Part shown: positions 27,637 to 39,357 of the stretch, one piece after another
How positions within the stretch are numbered: position 1 is the stretch's first letter
How the letters are laid out: the number at the start of each line of letters is the position of its first letter
Assembly (NCBI GenBank): GCA_963817385.1
Contig: CAWFOM010000031.1
Span: 64,001-128,000, forward strand
Reading direction: 5' to 3'
DNA length: 64,000 bases
Source of the DNA: an uncultured delta proteobacterium
GTDB taxonomy: Bacteria; Desulfobacterota; Syntrophia; Syntrophales; UBA5619
The notes under the pieces: generated by a model
What the model saw: only the letters and a program-made list of their open reading frames with translations
Told to the model about the DNA's origin: nothing
Databases searched by the model: none
Translations under genes and position numbers: made by a program

Positions 27637-27834
27637 TTTTTATCAGGGTTTTTACTTCTGGACCTTTAATCCCCCATCCTCACTTTCTTCAACAAAGCCA
27701 TGATTCGACCGACAGCAAGACATTCACGCATGGTTAGGCTTTCTTAGGCGCGCCCAATGGCGTTCCAACTAAATACGGTCTAGGTAAAAAATCATGTGCC
27801 TTTTGCTTAAGTCCGTTACACCCTGCCTTTTCGC

Positions 27835-29286
27835 TTAAGGAGTATCGCCGCCCGGCAGGGAGGATACGTCCCAGCCGCCGCCGAGGGCCTTGATGAGGAG
27901 CACGGCGGCCGTCATCCGGCGGCCCAGGATATCGAGCGCCACCCGTCGACTGCTTAAAGCCGCGGTCTGAGCCGCGATCACGTTCAGGTATCCGACGATC
28001 CCCGCTTTATACTGATTGGTTGCGATCACGAGGAACTGCTCGGCCGCCTTGACCGCTTCTTCCTGCGCCACCGCCTCCTGCTCCAGAATCCGCAGGGCGG
28101 CAAGATTATCCTCCACTTCCTGAAATCCTGTGAGGACCGTCTGGCGGTAATTTGCCACGGCCGTTTCGTAAGCGGCCCGGGCTTGCTCGGTCCGCGCCTG
28201 TAAAAGGCCGCCCGTGAAAATGATTTCGGACAATGCAGGGCCGAAGGACCAGAAGCGGCTGGGCCAGCTGAGCCACCGGGCGAGATCGGAACTTTGAAAC
28301 CCTCCGGATGTGCCGAGCGTCACCGTCGGATAGTAGCCGGCCACGGCAACCCCGATCTGGGCATTTGCCGACGCCATGCGCCGTTCGGCGCCGGCGATGT
28401 CGGGTCTCCGTTCCAGGAGTTCGGAGGGCAGCCCCACGGGAATGGCCGGCGGGGGAGTTGCAAGCGACGAAAGGGGGAGTGCAAAAAGGGAAGGGGGTTT
28501 CCCGATGAGAACACCGATGGCGTGCTCGAACTGGGCCCGTTGCACACCCAAATCGATGGCCTGAGCTTGGGTGGTTTTCAGCAGGGTCTCGGCCTGCAGC
28601 ACGTCCCCCCGCGATGCAACGCCGGAGAGGTATCTGTTCTGGGTCATCTCCCGGGATTTCCCGAGCGCCTCGATGGTCCGGTCGAGAAGCTCCTTCTGGG
28701 CATCGAGTGCGCTCAGTTGAAAGTAGTTCTGAACCAGTTCGACCCGGGCGCTCAGCCGGACCGCCTCGAGGTCCGCTCCCGTCGCCTGCGCGCCAGCCCT
28801 GCTGGCCTCGACCGAACGGCGGATGCGCCCCCAGAGGTCGAGCTCCCACGACGCATCGACGGGGAGCGTGTAGAGCGAGGCCGGTGCAGGTGAAGTCTGC
28901 GCCGCGCCCACCGTCGACGACGCCAGAGATCGGGTAAAAGAGGCGCCGATGGTTACTGTGGGAAAGTAACTCGAACGGGCGGCCTGGACCAGTGCGCGGG
29001 CCTGACGAAACTGCGCTTCGGCCGAAGCCACGTTCTGGTTGGAGATGTCGATCTGCTCAGCAAGATCGTTGAGCCGGGGATCGTCGAACATCTCCCACCA
29101 TTTTCCCCGGATCACCTGATCCTTCGGCTCGGCCGTCTTCCAGCCATTCATCTCCCGGTACATTTCGGACACGGGCGCCTGCGGTCTCACATAGTCGGGT
29201 CCTACGGAGCAGGAGACAACCAGAGGAAATAATCCGGCCATTCCAACGAGCGAAACGATTTTCAACCAACCGAAATTCCCGTTCAC
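27835..29286 (-). CDS. RND efflux outer membrane lipoprotein (NodT/OprM family)
   Basis: Lipobox VVSC-SVGPDY; WWEMF.DP.L, WELDLWG and LLERRPDI..AERR motifs. Confidence 0.93.
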   Translation of the reverse strand: MNGNFGWLKIVSLVGMAGLFPLVVSCSVGPDYVRPQAPVSEMYREMNGWKTAEPKDQVIRGKWWEMFDDPRLNDLAEQIDISNQNVASAEAQFRQARALVQAARSSYFPTVTIGASFTRSLASSTVGAAQTSPAPASLYTLPVDASWELDLWGRIRRSVEASRAGAQATGADLEAVRLSARVELVQNYFQLSALDAQKELLDRTIEALGKSREMTQNRYLSGVASRGDVLQAETLLKTTQAQAIDLGVQRAQFEHAIGVLIGKPPSLFALPLSSLATPPPAIPVGLPSELLERRPDIAGAERRMASANAQIGVAVAGYYPTVTLGTSGGFQSSDLARWLSWPSRFWSFGPALSEIIFTGGLLQARTEQARAAYETAVANYRQTVLTGFQEVEDNLAALRILEQEAVAQEEAVKAAEQFLVIATNQYKAGIVGYLNVIAAQTAALSSRRVALDILGRRMTAAVLLIKALGGGWDVSSLPGGDTP

Positions 29287-29322
29287 CTTGCCACCTCACC
29301 GACCGTTTTGGTCCTGGATATA

Positions 29323-32300
29323 TCACACCGCTACTGCGTGATTTTTTTGCCGCATCGCCTTCATCCTGAGCCTGAACCGGTCGAGATAGAGATACATGAC
29401 CGGCGTTGTGTACAAGGTGAGCATCTGGCTGAAGATGAGACCGCCGACGATGGCGATGCCGAGGGGACGGCGAAGCTCCGAGCCTATCCCCCTGCCCAGT
29501 GCCAGCGGGAGGGCGCCGAAGAGTGCGGCCATCGTCGTCATCATGATCGGCCGAAACCGAAGCAGACATGCCTGATAGATCGCCTCGACCGGGCTCTTGC
29601 CTCCCGTCCGCTCCGCTTCGAGGGCAAAATCAATCATCATGATTCCGTTCTTCTTCACGATGCCGATCAAGAGGAAGATCCCGATCAGGGCGATGATGGT
29701 CAACTCCGTGCGGAAGAGCAAAAGCGCGAGCAGCGCACCGACCCCCGCAGACGGCAGGGTGGAGAGGATCGTGACCGGATGCACGATGCTCTCATACAGG
29801 ATCCCCAGGACAATATAGACCGCAATGAGCGCCGCGAGGATCAGAAGGGGTTCGTTCGCCAGGGAAGCCTGGAAGGCCTCGGCGGTCCCCGCAAAGCTGC
29901 CTCGCACACTTCCGGGTATCCCCATCCGGTGCGTCGCCGCCTCAATCTCGCGCACCGCCTCACCCAGGGATTTGCCCGGCACCAGATTGAACGATGCGGT
30001 AATCGCGGGAAACTGGCCCTGGTGGTTCACGGCCAGCGACGTCGCGTTCCGTTCAAACCGGCTAAACGCGCTCAGGGGCACCATTGCACCGCTTGCGCCG
30101 CGCACATAGATATCCCGAAGCGTATCGGGCTGTTGCCAAAAGTCCGGCGCAACCTCCATCACGACATGGTACTGGTTTAACAGCGTATACGTAATGGACA
30201 CTTGCCGCTGGCCGAAGGCGTCGTACAGGACATCATCGATCATCTGCGGCGTGATGCCGAGACGAGAGGCCGTATCGCGGTCGATCACCACCGTGGCCTC
30301 CAGCCCCTTTTCCTGCTGATCGCTGCTGACATCGGTGAGCGCGGGCAGGGTGCGCAGCTGCTGCACGATCCGCGGCGCCCACGCGGTGAGATCCTGCAAG
30401 TTATCCCCATGGAGGGTATATTGATACAGGGCGTTACTGATCCTTCCCCCGATGCGCAGATCCTGGACCGGCTGCAGGTAGGTGGGCGCCCCCGGAACCT
30501 GGGCGAGTTTCCTGCGCAGCCGCGCCATCACCTCGGGCACGCTGGCCTTGCGTTCTCCGAACGGCTTGAGCGAGATGAACAGCCGCCCGATGTTCGCCGC
30601 AGAACCACCGCCGCCGCCGCCACCGGTGAAACCCGCGGCATAGACGACCTCGGGGTCGCTTTTTATGATGTCGATCACCTGGGCGAGCTTCCCCCGCATG
30701 GCCTGGAAGGAGATATCCTGCTCGGCCTGGATCGTGCCGCTGATCCTCCCCGTGTCCTGTTCGGGAAAGAACCCCTTGGGAACGACGATGAACAAGGCCA
30801 CGCTGGTCGCCACCATGGTCAGCGTCAGGGCAAGCATGATCCGTGAGTGGCGAAGCGCCCATTGGAGCGTTTGGTCGTAGCGGCGATACATCCAGTTGAA
30901 TATCGTCTCATTGACCCGATAGCACTGTCCGTGAACGCAGGCTTCCGGCGGTCTCAGGAGGGCCGCGCACATCATGGGTGTCGTGGTGAGCGACACAACG
31001 AGCGAGACCATGATGGCCGCCGACAGGGTGACGGCAAATTCACGGAAGAGCCGGCCCACCATGCCGCCCATCAGAAGGATGGGGATGAAGACGGCCACCA
31101 GAGAGGTGCTCATGGAAAGGACGGTGAATCCGATCTCCTGCGACCCGAGGTGAGCGGCCTCGCGGACGGGAACACCCTCTTCGATGTGGCGGGTGATGTT
31201 TTCGAGCACCACGATCGCGTCATCAACGACAAATCCCGTGGCAATGGTCAAGGCCATCAGGGAGAGGTTGTCCAGATTGTAACCGAACAGGTACATGACG
31301 GCGAAGGTGCCGATGAGCGATACCGCGACGGCGACGCCGGGGATGATCGTCGCGCGGACATTCTTCAGGAACCAGAAGACCACCAATATGACGAGGGCGA
31401 AGGAGATGGCGAGACTGATTCCCACGTCCCTCAGGGAACCGCGGATGGAGGGCGATCGGTCCTGAACGACGGAGAACTCGACTCCTCCCGGCATGGCCGC
31501 CCTGAGCTGCGGAAGCAGGCCCCGGACACGATCCACGGTATCGATGATATTCGCCCCCGGTTGACGGAACACGATCACCATGACGGACGGCTTCCCGTTG
31601 ACCAGGCCGCCCGCCCGAAGATCCTCCACCGAGTCCTCCACCATTGCCACGTCGGAAAGCCGCACCGCGGCCCCGGACCGGTAACTGATAATGACGGGAA
31701 GATACTGAGCGGCTCTGCGGAGCTGATCGTTGGTCTGAATCTCCCAACTCCGCTCTTGGTTGGCGAGCTGACCCTTGGGCCGGTTGACATTGGTTCCGCT
31801 CAGCACGGTGCGGACGTCATCGAGGCTGATTCCGTACTTGTTCAAAGCGGCAGGGTTCAAATCCACCCGGACGGCCGGAAGGGACGAGCCCCCGACGAAC
31901 ACCTGGCCCACCCCCTCCACCTGGGATAACTTCTGCTGCATGATGCTCGACGCGGCGTCGTACATCTGCGTCGTCGTCAGGGTGTCGGACGTGAGGGCAA
32001 CGATGAGAACCGGCGCATCGGCCGGGTTGACCTTGCGGTAGATGGGATTACTGGGCAGGTTGGCGGGGAGAAAGCCCCGGGCGGCATTGATCGCCGCCTG
32101 GACATCGCGGGCGGCCCCGTTGATATCGCGGTTGAGATCGAACTGGAGCACGATCGACATGGAGCCGCGATTGCTGGTGGAGGTCATCTCCGTGACGCCC
32201 GCGATGCGGCCGAACTGCCGTTCGAGCGGCGCCGCCACCGATGTCGCCATGGTTTCCGGGTTGGCTCCCGGCAAGCTCGCCGATACCTGAATGGTTGGAA

Positions 32301-32424
32301 AATCGACCGGGGGCAGCGGTGAGACGGGCAGCAACCGAAAGGCGATCACCCCGGCGAGCGCCAGCCCGATGGTGAGAAGCGTGGTTGCAACCGGTCTCTC
32401 GATAAAGATCGCCGAGATGTTCAT
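29323..32424 (-). CDS. mdtC: RND efflux permease MdtC-like
   Basis: [36 protein letters not shown] and GIVKKN motifs; second of a tandem RND pair. Confidence 0.88.
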   Translation of the reverse strand: MNISAIFIERPVATTLLTIGLALAGVIAFRLLPVSPLPPVDFPTIQVSASLPGANPETMATSVAAPLERQFGRIAGVTEMTSTSNRGSMSIVLQFDLNRDINGAARDVQAAINAARGFLPANLPSNPIYRKVNPADAPVLIVALTSDTLTTTQMYDAASSIMQQKLSQVEGVGQVFVGGSSLPAVRVDLNPAALNKYGISLDDVRTVLSGTNVNRPKGQLANQERSWEIQTNDQLRRAAQYLPVIISYRSGAAVRLSDVAMVEDSVEDLRAGGLVNGKPSVMVIVFRQPGANIIDTVDRVRGLLPQLRAAMPGGVEFSVVQDRSPSIRGSLRDVGISLAISFALVILVVFWFLKNVRATIIPGVAVAVSLIGTFAVMYLFGYNLDNLSLMALTIATGFVVDDAIVVLENITRHIEEGVPVREAAHLGSQEIGFTVLSMSTSLVAVFIPILLMGGMVGRLFREFAVTLSAAIMVSLVVSLTTTPMMCAALLRPPEACVHGQCYRVNETIFNWMYRRYDQTLQWALRHSRIMLALTLTMVATSVALFIVVPKGFFPEQDTGRISGTIQAEQDISFQAMRGKLAQVIDIIKSDPEVVYAAGFTGGGGGGGSAANIGRLFISLKPFGERKASVPEVMARLRRKLAQVPGAPTYLQPVQDLRIGGRISNALYQYTLHGDNLQDLTAWAPRIVQQLRTLPALTDVSSDQQEKGLEATVVIDRDTASRLGITPQMIDDVLYDAFGQRQVSITYTLLNQYHVVMEVAPDFWQQPDTLRDIYVRGASGAMVPLSAFSRFERNATSLAVNHQGQFPAITASFNLVPGKSLGEAVREIEAATHRMGIPGSVRGSFAGTAEAFQASLANEPLLILAALIAVYIVLGILYESIVHPVTILSTLPSAGVGALLALLLFRTELTIIALIGIFLLIGIVKKNGIMMIDFALEAERTGGKSPVEAIYQACLLRFRPIMMTTMAALFGALPLALGRGIGSELRRPLGIAIVGGLIFSQMLTLYTTPVMYLYLDRFRLRMKAMRQKNHAVAV

Positions 32425-35400
32425 CGTACACCTCGAGGAGGCGCGCTATCCGGTGGTGCGCCGGAACGGTTCCGTTTCAGGCGCCTGGCCAGCCGGTCGA
32501 ATCCGACATAGATGACAGGCGTCGTATAGAGGGTCAGCATCTGGCTGATGATGAGTCCTCCGACGATGGCAATGCCGAGGGGGCGCCGAAGCTCCGATCC
32601 GACGCCCCTGCCCAGCGCCAGGGGCAGCGCCCCCAGAAGCGCGGCCATGGTGGTCATCATGATCGGCCGGAACCTCAGGAGAGACGCCTGGTAGATCGCC
32701 TCGACCGGGCTCTTTCCCTCTTTGCGTTCGGCCTCCAGGGCAAAGTCGACCATCATGATCCCGTTTTTCTTGACGATGCCGATGAGCAGGATAATGCCGA
32801 TCAGGGCAATGACGCTGAACTCCGTACCGAACAGCAGAAGGGCGAGAATTGCCCCGACACCCGCCGACGGCAAGGTCGACAGGATGGTGATGGGGTGGAT
32901 GTAGCTCTCGTAGAGAATGCCGAGCACGATATAGACCGTGATAAGGGCGGCGAGGATCAGGAAGGGCTCGTTCGCCAGAGAGACCCGGAAGGCCTGCGCC
33001 GTTCCCTGGAAACTTCCCGAGATGCTCTCCGGCAGCTGCAACTGTCGCGCGGCTGCTTCGACCGCCGTCACGGCCTTTCCCAGTGACGCCCCCTGTTCCA
33101 GGTTGAAGGAAATCGTGACCGAGGGGAACTGCCCCTGGCGGCTGATAAGAAGGGGTCCGGTTGTTTCCGCAACCTGGGTGAACGCGCTGAGCGGTACCTG
33201 GCCGCCGGCGCTGCTGCGGAAGTAAAGCGACCCAAGCTTTCCGGGGTCCTGCTGAAAGTCGGGTTTGACGGCAAGGATGACGCGGTACTGGTTGAGCTGG
33301 GTGAAAATGGTGGATACCATCCGCTGACCGAACGCGTCGTAGAGGGTGTCATCGACGAGCTGGGGCAGGATGCCGAAACGCGAGGCGGTGCTCCGGTCGA
33401 TGGACACGGCTACCCGAAGGCCCTTGTCCTGCTGGTCGCTGCTCACATCCCGCAGTTCGGGACGCCGGCCGAGCGCATCGACCAGCCGGGGCGCCCACGT
33501 GTAAAGCTCAGTCGAATCGGGATCTTCCATGGTATACTGAAACTGGGTGCGACTGACCCGGGCATCGACACTCAGGTCCTGTACGGGCTGCAGGTAGAGG
33601 GTTATGCCCTCGATTGCGGCCAGTTTTGGCTGAAGGCGACTGATCACTTCGCTCGCGCTCATCCTTCGGACTTCAAGCGGTTTAAGGTTGATCAGGATCC
33701 GCCCGCTGTTGAGGGTGGCATTGGTGCCGTCGATCCCGATAAAGGACGAAAGGCTTTCAACGGCCGGATCCCGAAGAATCATCGAGGCAAGCGCCTGCTG
33801 GCGCTCGGCCATGGCGGGAAACGAGATGGACTGGGCGGCTTCCGAAATACCGAGAATAACGCCCGTGTCCTGGACGGGGAAAAATCCCTTCGGGATGACC
33901 ATGAAGAGGGCGCCGGTGAGGATGAGGGTCGCCACCGCCACGATCATCGTTGCCGTCTGCCGTTCGAGCACCCAGCGAAGCGTCCGCCCGTAGGCCGCGA
34001 TGGTTCGCTCGAACATGCGCTGAGATGCACGATAGAATCTTCCCTGCCGTTCCTCGGGCGTATGTTTGAGGAGGCGGGCGCACATCATGGGAGTCAGCGT
34101 CAGTGAGACGACCGCGGAGATGAGGATCGTGACGCCGAGGGTGATGGCGAACTCGCGGAAGAGTCTGCCCACGACATCGCCCATGAACAGAAGCGGGATC
34201 AGGACGGCGATGAGGGAGACCGTCAGGGACATAATGGTAAAGCCGATCTGCTGCGAGCCTTTGAGGGCCGCCTCAAGCGGGCTGTCACCCTCCTCGATGA
34301 ACCGGTTGATATTCTCGATCATGACGATGGCGTCATCCACCACGAAGCCGGTCGAGATGGTCAGGGCCATCAGGGAGAGGTTGTTGAGGCTGAACCCGAG
34401 GAGATACATGACCCCGAAGGTGCCGACGAGGGAGAGCGGCACGGCGACGCTGGGGATAACCGTTGCCGACAGGTTGCGTAAGAAGAGAAAAATGACCAGG
34501 ACGACCAGGACGACGGCAAGCATGAGCTCGAACTGCACGTCCCTGACCGAAGCGCGGATGGTCGTGGTCCGATCGGTCAACACGCTGAGTTGCACCGCCG
34601 GCGGCAATGATGCCTGCAGCTGGGGGAGCAGCGTCTTGATTCGGTCTACGACTTCGATGACATTGGCCCCGGGCTGCCGCTGAATGTTGACGATTACGGC
34701 GGGGCTATTGTTCATCCACGCCGCCTGATTCACATTTTCGGCATCGTCGACGATTTCGGCAATGTCGGACAGCGTTACCGGCGCCCCGTTCCGGTACGCC
34801 ACGATCAGCGGCCGGTACTGGCTGCTGGAAAAGAGCTGGTCGTTGGCCCCGATGATGTACGATTGGCGGGGGCCGTCGAAGCTGCCCTTCGCCTGATTGA
34901 CGTTGGCTGCGACGATTACCGTGCGCACATCTTCCAGGGTCAAACCGTATGCGGCAAGCGCTGTCGGGTTCACCTGGACCCGGACGGCAGGCCGCTGACC
35001 GCCGCTGATGCTCACCAGCCCTACCCCGGGGAGCTGGGAGATCTTCTGCGCAAACCGGGTGTCGGCCAGGTCTTCCACCTGGGGCAGGGGCAACGTCATG
35101 GAGGTGAGCGCCAAGGTGAGGATGGGCGCGTCGGCCGGGTTAACTTTACTGTAGACGGGCGGGGCCGGCAGGTCCCTCGGCAGGAAGGTAAAGCTCGCAT
35201 TGATCGCCGCCTGGACCTGCTGCTCCGCCACATCCAGGTTGAGATCCAGGGTGAACTGAAGGGTGATGATGGAACTCCCGCTCGAACTGGTGGAGGTCAT
35301 CTGGGTGAGGCCCGGCATCTGACCGAGTTGCCTCTCCAGCGGGGCGGTGACCGAGGAAGCCATGACATCGGGGCTGGCCCCGGGGTAGAACGTCCGGACC

Positions 35401-35537
35401 TGAATCGTGGGATAATCCACCTGCGGAAGGGCGGATACGGCAAGTTCCCGGTAGGCGATGGCGCCCGCAAGCAGAATGGCGACCATAAGCAGGGTCGTCG
35501 CCACCGGCCGGAGGATGAAGGGACGGCAAATATTCAT
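32421..35537 (-). CDS. mdtB: RND efflux permease MdtB-like
   Basis: [27 protein letters not shown] and [13 protein letters not shown] motifs; ATGA overlaps on both sides. Confidence 0.9.
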   Translation of the reverse strand: MNICRPFILRPVATTLLMVAILLAGAIAYRELAVSALPQVDYPTIQVRTFYPGASPDVMASSVTAPLERQLGQMPGLTQMTSTSSSGSSIITLQFTLDLNLDVAEQQVQAAINASFTFLPRDLPAPPVYSKVNPADAPILTLALTSMTLPLPQVEDLADTRFAQKISQLPGVGLVSISGGQRPAVRVQVNPTALAAYGLTLEDVRTVIVAANVNQAKGSFDGPRQSYIIGANDQLFSSSQYRPLIVAYRNGAPVTLSDIAEIVDDAENVNQAAWMNNSPAVIVNIQRQPGANVIEVVDRIKTLLPQLQASLPPAVQLSVLTDRTTTIRASVRDVQFELMLAVVLVVLVIFLFLRNLSATVIPSVAVPLSLVGTFGVMYLLGFSLNNLSLMALTISTGFVVDDAIVMIENINRFIEEGDSPLEAALKGSQQIGFTIMSLTVSLIAVLIPLLFMGDVVGRLFREFAITLGVTILISAVVSLTLTPMMCARLLKHTPEERQGRFYRASQRMFERTIAAYGRTLRWVLERQTATMIVAVATLILTGALFMVIPKGFFPVQDTGVILGISEAAQSISFPAMAERQQALASMILRDPAVESLSSFIGIDGTNATLNSGRILINLKPLEVRRMSASEVISRLQPKLAAIEGITLYLQPVQDLSVDARVSRTQFQYTMEDPDSTELYTWAPRLVDALGRRPELRDVSSDQQDKGLRVAVSIDRSTASRFGILPQLVDDTLYDAFGQRMVSTIFTQLNQYRVILAVKPDFQQDPGKLGSLYFRSSAGGQVPLSAFTQVAETTGPLLISRQGQFPSVTISFNLEQGASLGKAVTAVEAAARQLQLPESISGSFQGTAQAFRVSLANEPFLILAALITVYIVLGILYESYIHPITILSTLPSAGVGAILALLLFGTEFSVIALIGIILLIGIVKKNGIMMVDFALEAERKEGKSPVEAIYQASLLRFRPIMMTTMAALLGALPLALGRGVGSELRRPLGIAIVGGLIISQMLTLYTTPVIYVGFDRLARRLKRNRSGAPPDSAPPRGVR

Positions 35538-36748
35538 GGGCTTCTCCGGAGTCCATTGCCGTTGTCCTGCCCTTTGAGTTCCACCGTGGCCCCCTCCCTC
35601 AACCGTTCCGCACCATCCACAACGACGAGGTCGCCTTCCGCAAGCCCGGTGATCACGGAGGCTTCGGCTCCCTGAATCTCGCCGATCACGACAGGCCGGA
35701 CGACCGCCGTGCGGTCGGCTTTTACCGCGTAGACGTAGGTTCCCCGGACGCCGCGCTGGATCGCCGCCGCCGGCGCGAGGATAACGCCCCGTTTGACGTC
35801 GACAAGCAGACGGGCATTGACGAACTGATTGGGAAAGAGCCGGTTGTCCTTGTTGTCGAAGATCGCCTTGAGGCGGACCGTCCCGGTATTCGGATCGATC
35901 TGGTTATCGACGGTCAGAAGGAACCCGGTGGCAAGCTTCTGCGTCTGTTCACGATTGAAGGCATCTACGGGCAGCTTCTTTCCCCGGTCAAGAGCGGCAA
36001 GGACTGCGGGCAGGCTGTCTTCGGGAATGGGGAAAATAACCGTGATCGGCTGAAGCTGCGTGATCACTACCAGCCCATTTGACGTCGGCGCGCGGACGAT
36101 ATTTCCCGGGTCCACGAGACGCAGCCCGATTCTCCCGGTGATCGGCGACGTGATCCGGCTGTACGCCAATTGCAGCCGGGCGTTTTCGATCTGCCCCTGA
36201 TCCACCTTGATAGCGCCTTCATACTGGCGAACCAGCGCTTCCTGGGTGTCGAGCTGTTGCTTGGGGATGGAATCCTGCTGCCAGAGGAGCCGGTAGCGTT
36301 CGACATCGATTTTCGCATTCTGCAAGAGGGCTTCATCACGCGCCAACTGCCCTTCGGCCTGGACCAGCTGCACCTCGAAGGGCCTCGGATCGATCCTGGC
36401 AAGCAAATCGCCGCTCTTCACCGTCTCCCCTTCCCGGAAAAGGACCTCCATGAGCTCGCCGTCGACACGGCTTTTCACGGTAACCGTGGAGAGAGGGGTG
36501 ACGGTGCCGAGGCCGTTGAGGGAGATGTTCATGTCCCCTTTTCTCGCCGCCACCGCTGTCACGGGCACGGCTCGGGCAAGGGCGGCGCCACCCTGTTTCC
36601 CGGAGGGCGCCTCCCCGCCCCGTGCCCTCACGAAAATGACGACCCCAATGGCAACGCAGATGGTCAACGCCGCTATCCACCAGATTCTCCGTTTTTTCTC
36701 CCTGTTTCGTGTCAACAAGTTCTTCTCTTCCAAGTTTTCCTCAACCAT
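35534..36748 (-). CDS. mdtA: RND efflux periplasmic adaptor MdtA-like
   Basis: N-terminal [19 protein letters not shown] and [24 protein letters not shown] motifs. Confidence 0.9.
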   Translation of the reverse strand: MVEENLEEKNLLTRNREKKRRIWWIAALTICVAIGVVIFVRARGGEAPSGKQGGAALARAVPVTAVAARKGDMNISLNGLGTVTPLSTVTVKSRVDGELMEVLFREGETVKSGDLLARIDPRPFEVQLVQAEGQLARDEALLQNAKIDVERYRLLWQQDSIPKQQLDTQEALVRQYEGAIKVDQGQIENARLQLAYSRITSPITGRIGLRLVDPGNIVRAPTSNGLVVITQLQPITVIFPIPEDSLPAVLAALDRGKKLPVDAFNREQTQKLATGFLLTVDNQIDPNTGTVRLKAIFDNKDNRLFPNQFVNARLLVDVKRGVILAPAAAIQRGVRGTYVYAVKADRTAVVRPVVIGEIQGAEASVITGLAEGDLVVVDGAERLREGATVELKGQDNGNGLRRSP

Positions 36749-36865
36749 CGACTTCACAACCTTCCCTGAAAAAAGTCGGGGCCCCTGTTTCAGGGGCCCC
36801 GCGAGAAGAGCAACACAGAAAAGATCCGAAGCAGGCAACGCCACGTCCCCGGGGAAAGATCGGGC

Positions 36866-38138
36866 TTAAAATTTCACCTGGAAGCCGACCTGATACTTGT
36901 CGTAATCATTCCCCGCCAAGGTCGATTCATAGTTCCGGCGTTCAAAGGCGACAAAAGGCATGAACTCATTGGCTACGTCATAGGAGAGACCGGCAACATA
37001 CGTTTTATAGCCGAGATTGGAACCGTTCCTGTTGGGGTCATAGTAATAATATTTCCCGAAGACCCTGAGTTTTTCCATCGTGGGGATACGCACGAACGCA
37101 TCCACCAGATATCCCTTGCGATCATTCTCTTCGTTGGAAGTGGCCGTGGCCTGCCCCCAATAATACTGACCCATGATGGTAAAGTATTCATGCTGGAGAG
37201 AGGCCTGAACGATATTTGCTTGAAAATCCGGATAATCCGTCACCACCCCCGCGCCGGGGGCAAAGGTCGAATTGCTCTTCCCGTACACCCCGACATAGGC
37301 GAACTGCAACCCCCTCAGGATGGGCACCATCGGCAACGGACGGACGTAGACCAGTCCGGAAACGACCTTGTTGCCGTTGGCTTCCGTGGTCGTTATATCC
37401 CGGCCCGTTGTAAATCCCGACAAAATATCCACCCCATTTGCCGGCAAAGGGTTTGGCGGCAAACTTCAAATAATCGGCATCCATGTAGCCGCCGATGGGA
37501 CCCTGAATGGAAATACCCAGATCGGACGTGGGTTCTATCCCCTGGCCGTCCCAGAGGTTGTTGCCCTGCACCCGATACGGCCAGATGGCGGAATCGTAGG
37601 AATCGGAGGGCGTTGGGATCATGCCGAGTTGCGTCGTCGTGCCGAAGAGATTAATGTTGGCATACGCAAATTTCAGGCGCACTTCCAATCCGTTCCGATT
37701 ATCGGCGGGATCGACCGAATTGAAAAGATCGGTGGTGATATTCATCCCCAGCCAGTCATTGAAATCCTTGGTCAACGTAAGATAGGCCCGGTTCAGATTG
37801 AATTGATTCGTGGAGGGGGCATTATCCGTCGTTTTGCTGTTCCACTCTCCATAGATCGTGGTCCCGAACTTAAAGCCCCGCAATGCCGGCGGCAGAAACT
37901 CGCCCTTGCCGGCGGCAACCTTCATCTCTTCTTTCATCTCGGTGCGTTCTTTCTGGGCATTGGCATTCAATTCGGTGACCAAGGAATCCGCTTCCTCCTG
38001 GGTCAAAATGTTTTTGCTTTTGAGCAGATTGATCAGACGCGCCACATCCGCCTCAGCCGCGCAGAGAGGCGTAAGGCTGCCCCAGATCAACAAGCAACCC
38101 AGCACGGCCATACAAAAGAACCTTGTTTTCCCAAGCAT
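36866..38138 (-). CDS. Outer-membrane beta-barrel porin, frameshifted at about 37388
   Basis: Signal peptide, coiled-coil N-domain, F.LNRAYL, RLKFAY, GIYNG.GY..(T)EANGNK and C-terminal YQVGFQVKF; the two ORFs join if one base is removed. Confidence 0.8.
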
Positions 38139-38244
38139 TGTTTTCTCCTTTCTTTATTGCGGGAAGGCGTATGCCGCCTTCGTCAGTTCTCGGAAGCGCT
38201 TACGCACCTTTTTTATCCAAACTACGGTCCTCAAAGGGACAAAT

Positions 38245-38277
38245 CAATGAGGATTGAATGGAAGTACAATGGTAGGG
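38245..38277 (-). promoter_or_regulatory. 11-bp-period direct-repeat operator upstream of porin-mdtABC operon (copy 2)
   Basis: CAATGAGGATTGAATGGAAGTACAATGGTAGGG; AATG at 38246, 38257 and 38268. Confidence 0.7.
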
Positions 38278-38486
38278 GAAAACTACGTTGCGGAATCTTG
38301 CGGAATATCCCTGGGGGCTCAGACGCAGACAGGCAGAATTACCGTATCCGTGAACCCGAAGGAGAAATAGGTTTTCTCTTGACTTGGAAGAGCCCGGTCT
38401 CTATGCTGGCGGCCGGATCTGGACCGAGTCAAAATGTAACGAAGGAAGGGCGTTTTACTTCACTCTCACCGGAAAGGAGACAAAAA

Positions 38487-38927
38487 TTGCTTAAGCATGT
38501 TCTGGATATCATCCTTGTGGAGGACAACCCCAACGACGTGGAGTTGACCCTCGACGCACTGCAAACCCATCGACTTTCCAACCGGGTCAAAGTGCTCAGG
38601 GACGGCCAGGAGGCCCTGGACTATTTTTTCTGTACGGGGAAATATGCCGACCGGGACATCTGCGACCGGCCAAAGGTGGTTCTCCTCGATCTTAAGCTCC
38701 CGAAAATCGATGGCCTCGATGTCCTGCGCAGAATCAGATCGGACGAGCGGACCAAGATGTTGCCGGTTGTCGTTCTCACCTCATCAAATGAACACCGGGA
38801 CCGTATCAAAAGTTACGATCTTGGGGTCAACAGCTATATTGTGAAGCCCGTAGAATTCGACAAGTTCGTGGAGGCAGTCGCCGAAATCGGATTCTACTGG
38901 GTACTTCTGAATGAAACCCCCTTCTGA
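38487..38927 (+). CDS. Single-domain response regulator (Rcp1-like)
   Basis: LVEDNPND, LLDLKLPKIDG, VVLTSS, GVNSYIVKP and FYW motifs; TTG start after AGGAG. Confidence 0.9.
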   Translation: MLKHVLDIILVEDNPNDVELTLDALQTHRLSNRVKVLRDGQEALDYFFCTGKYADRDICDRPKVVLLDLKLPKIDGLDVLRRIRSDERTKMLPVVVLTSSNEHRDRIKSYDLGVNSYIVKPVEFDKFVEAVAEIGFYWVLLNETPF

Positions 38928-39357
38928 AATGAATCGTCCAGAAAAGAACTTCCTTGCGGGAAACCTTTGCAGAGCCCCCCGCCGGAGGAGGCACGAGGAG
39001 CTCTGCGCCGGCCCTACTCCCGGTATAATCAGCAGCCAGAAGCAGGTACATCACGGGTACGACAAAGAGGATAAACAGGAATTCTTTTTGTATTGTATAA
39101 TTAATGGAAAACGCCGGTCATGGCAATGGTCGAACTTAGATGGTTTGTTTGTAGGCTAAACCTCCTAACATATCAATTTTAAGATAAAATACGCCCGATA
39201 TTCCCAGCCTCCGGCATGCAGTCGATCCCGATGCCTTTGAGAAGGAGCGGATGGCGAAAGCCGTGGATGCGGCAGTTCAGGGGTCGCACCGGGGAAAATC
39301 ACCGGGCCCCCTGGGGGAGAGAAATGTGGGGTAAAGAAAGGAAAACCGTCCGGCCCG

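Noticed and set aside
37368..38486. N-terminal 373 aa of the 519-aa plus-strand ORF
   Set aside because: Antisense to the porin; the real response regulator starts at TTG 38487 after an RBS.
38930..39350. Short ORFs and an orphan AGGAGG in an AT-rich intergenic stretch
   Set aside because: No start codon at a suitable distance and no recognisable product.
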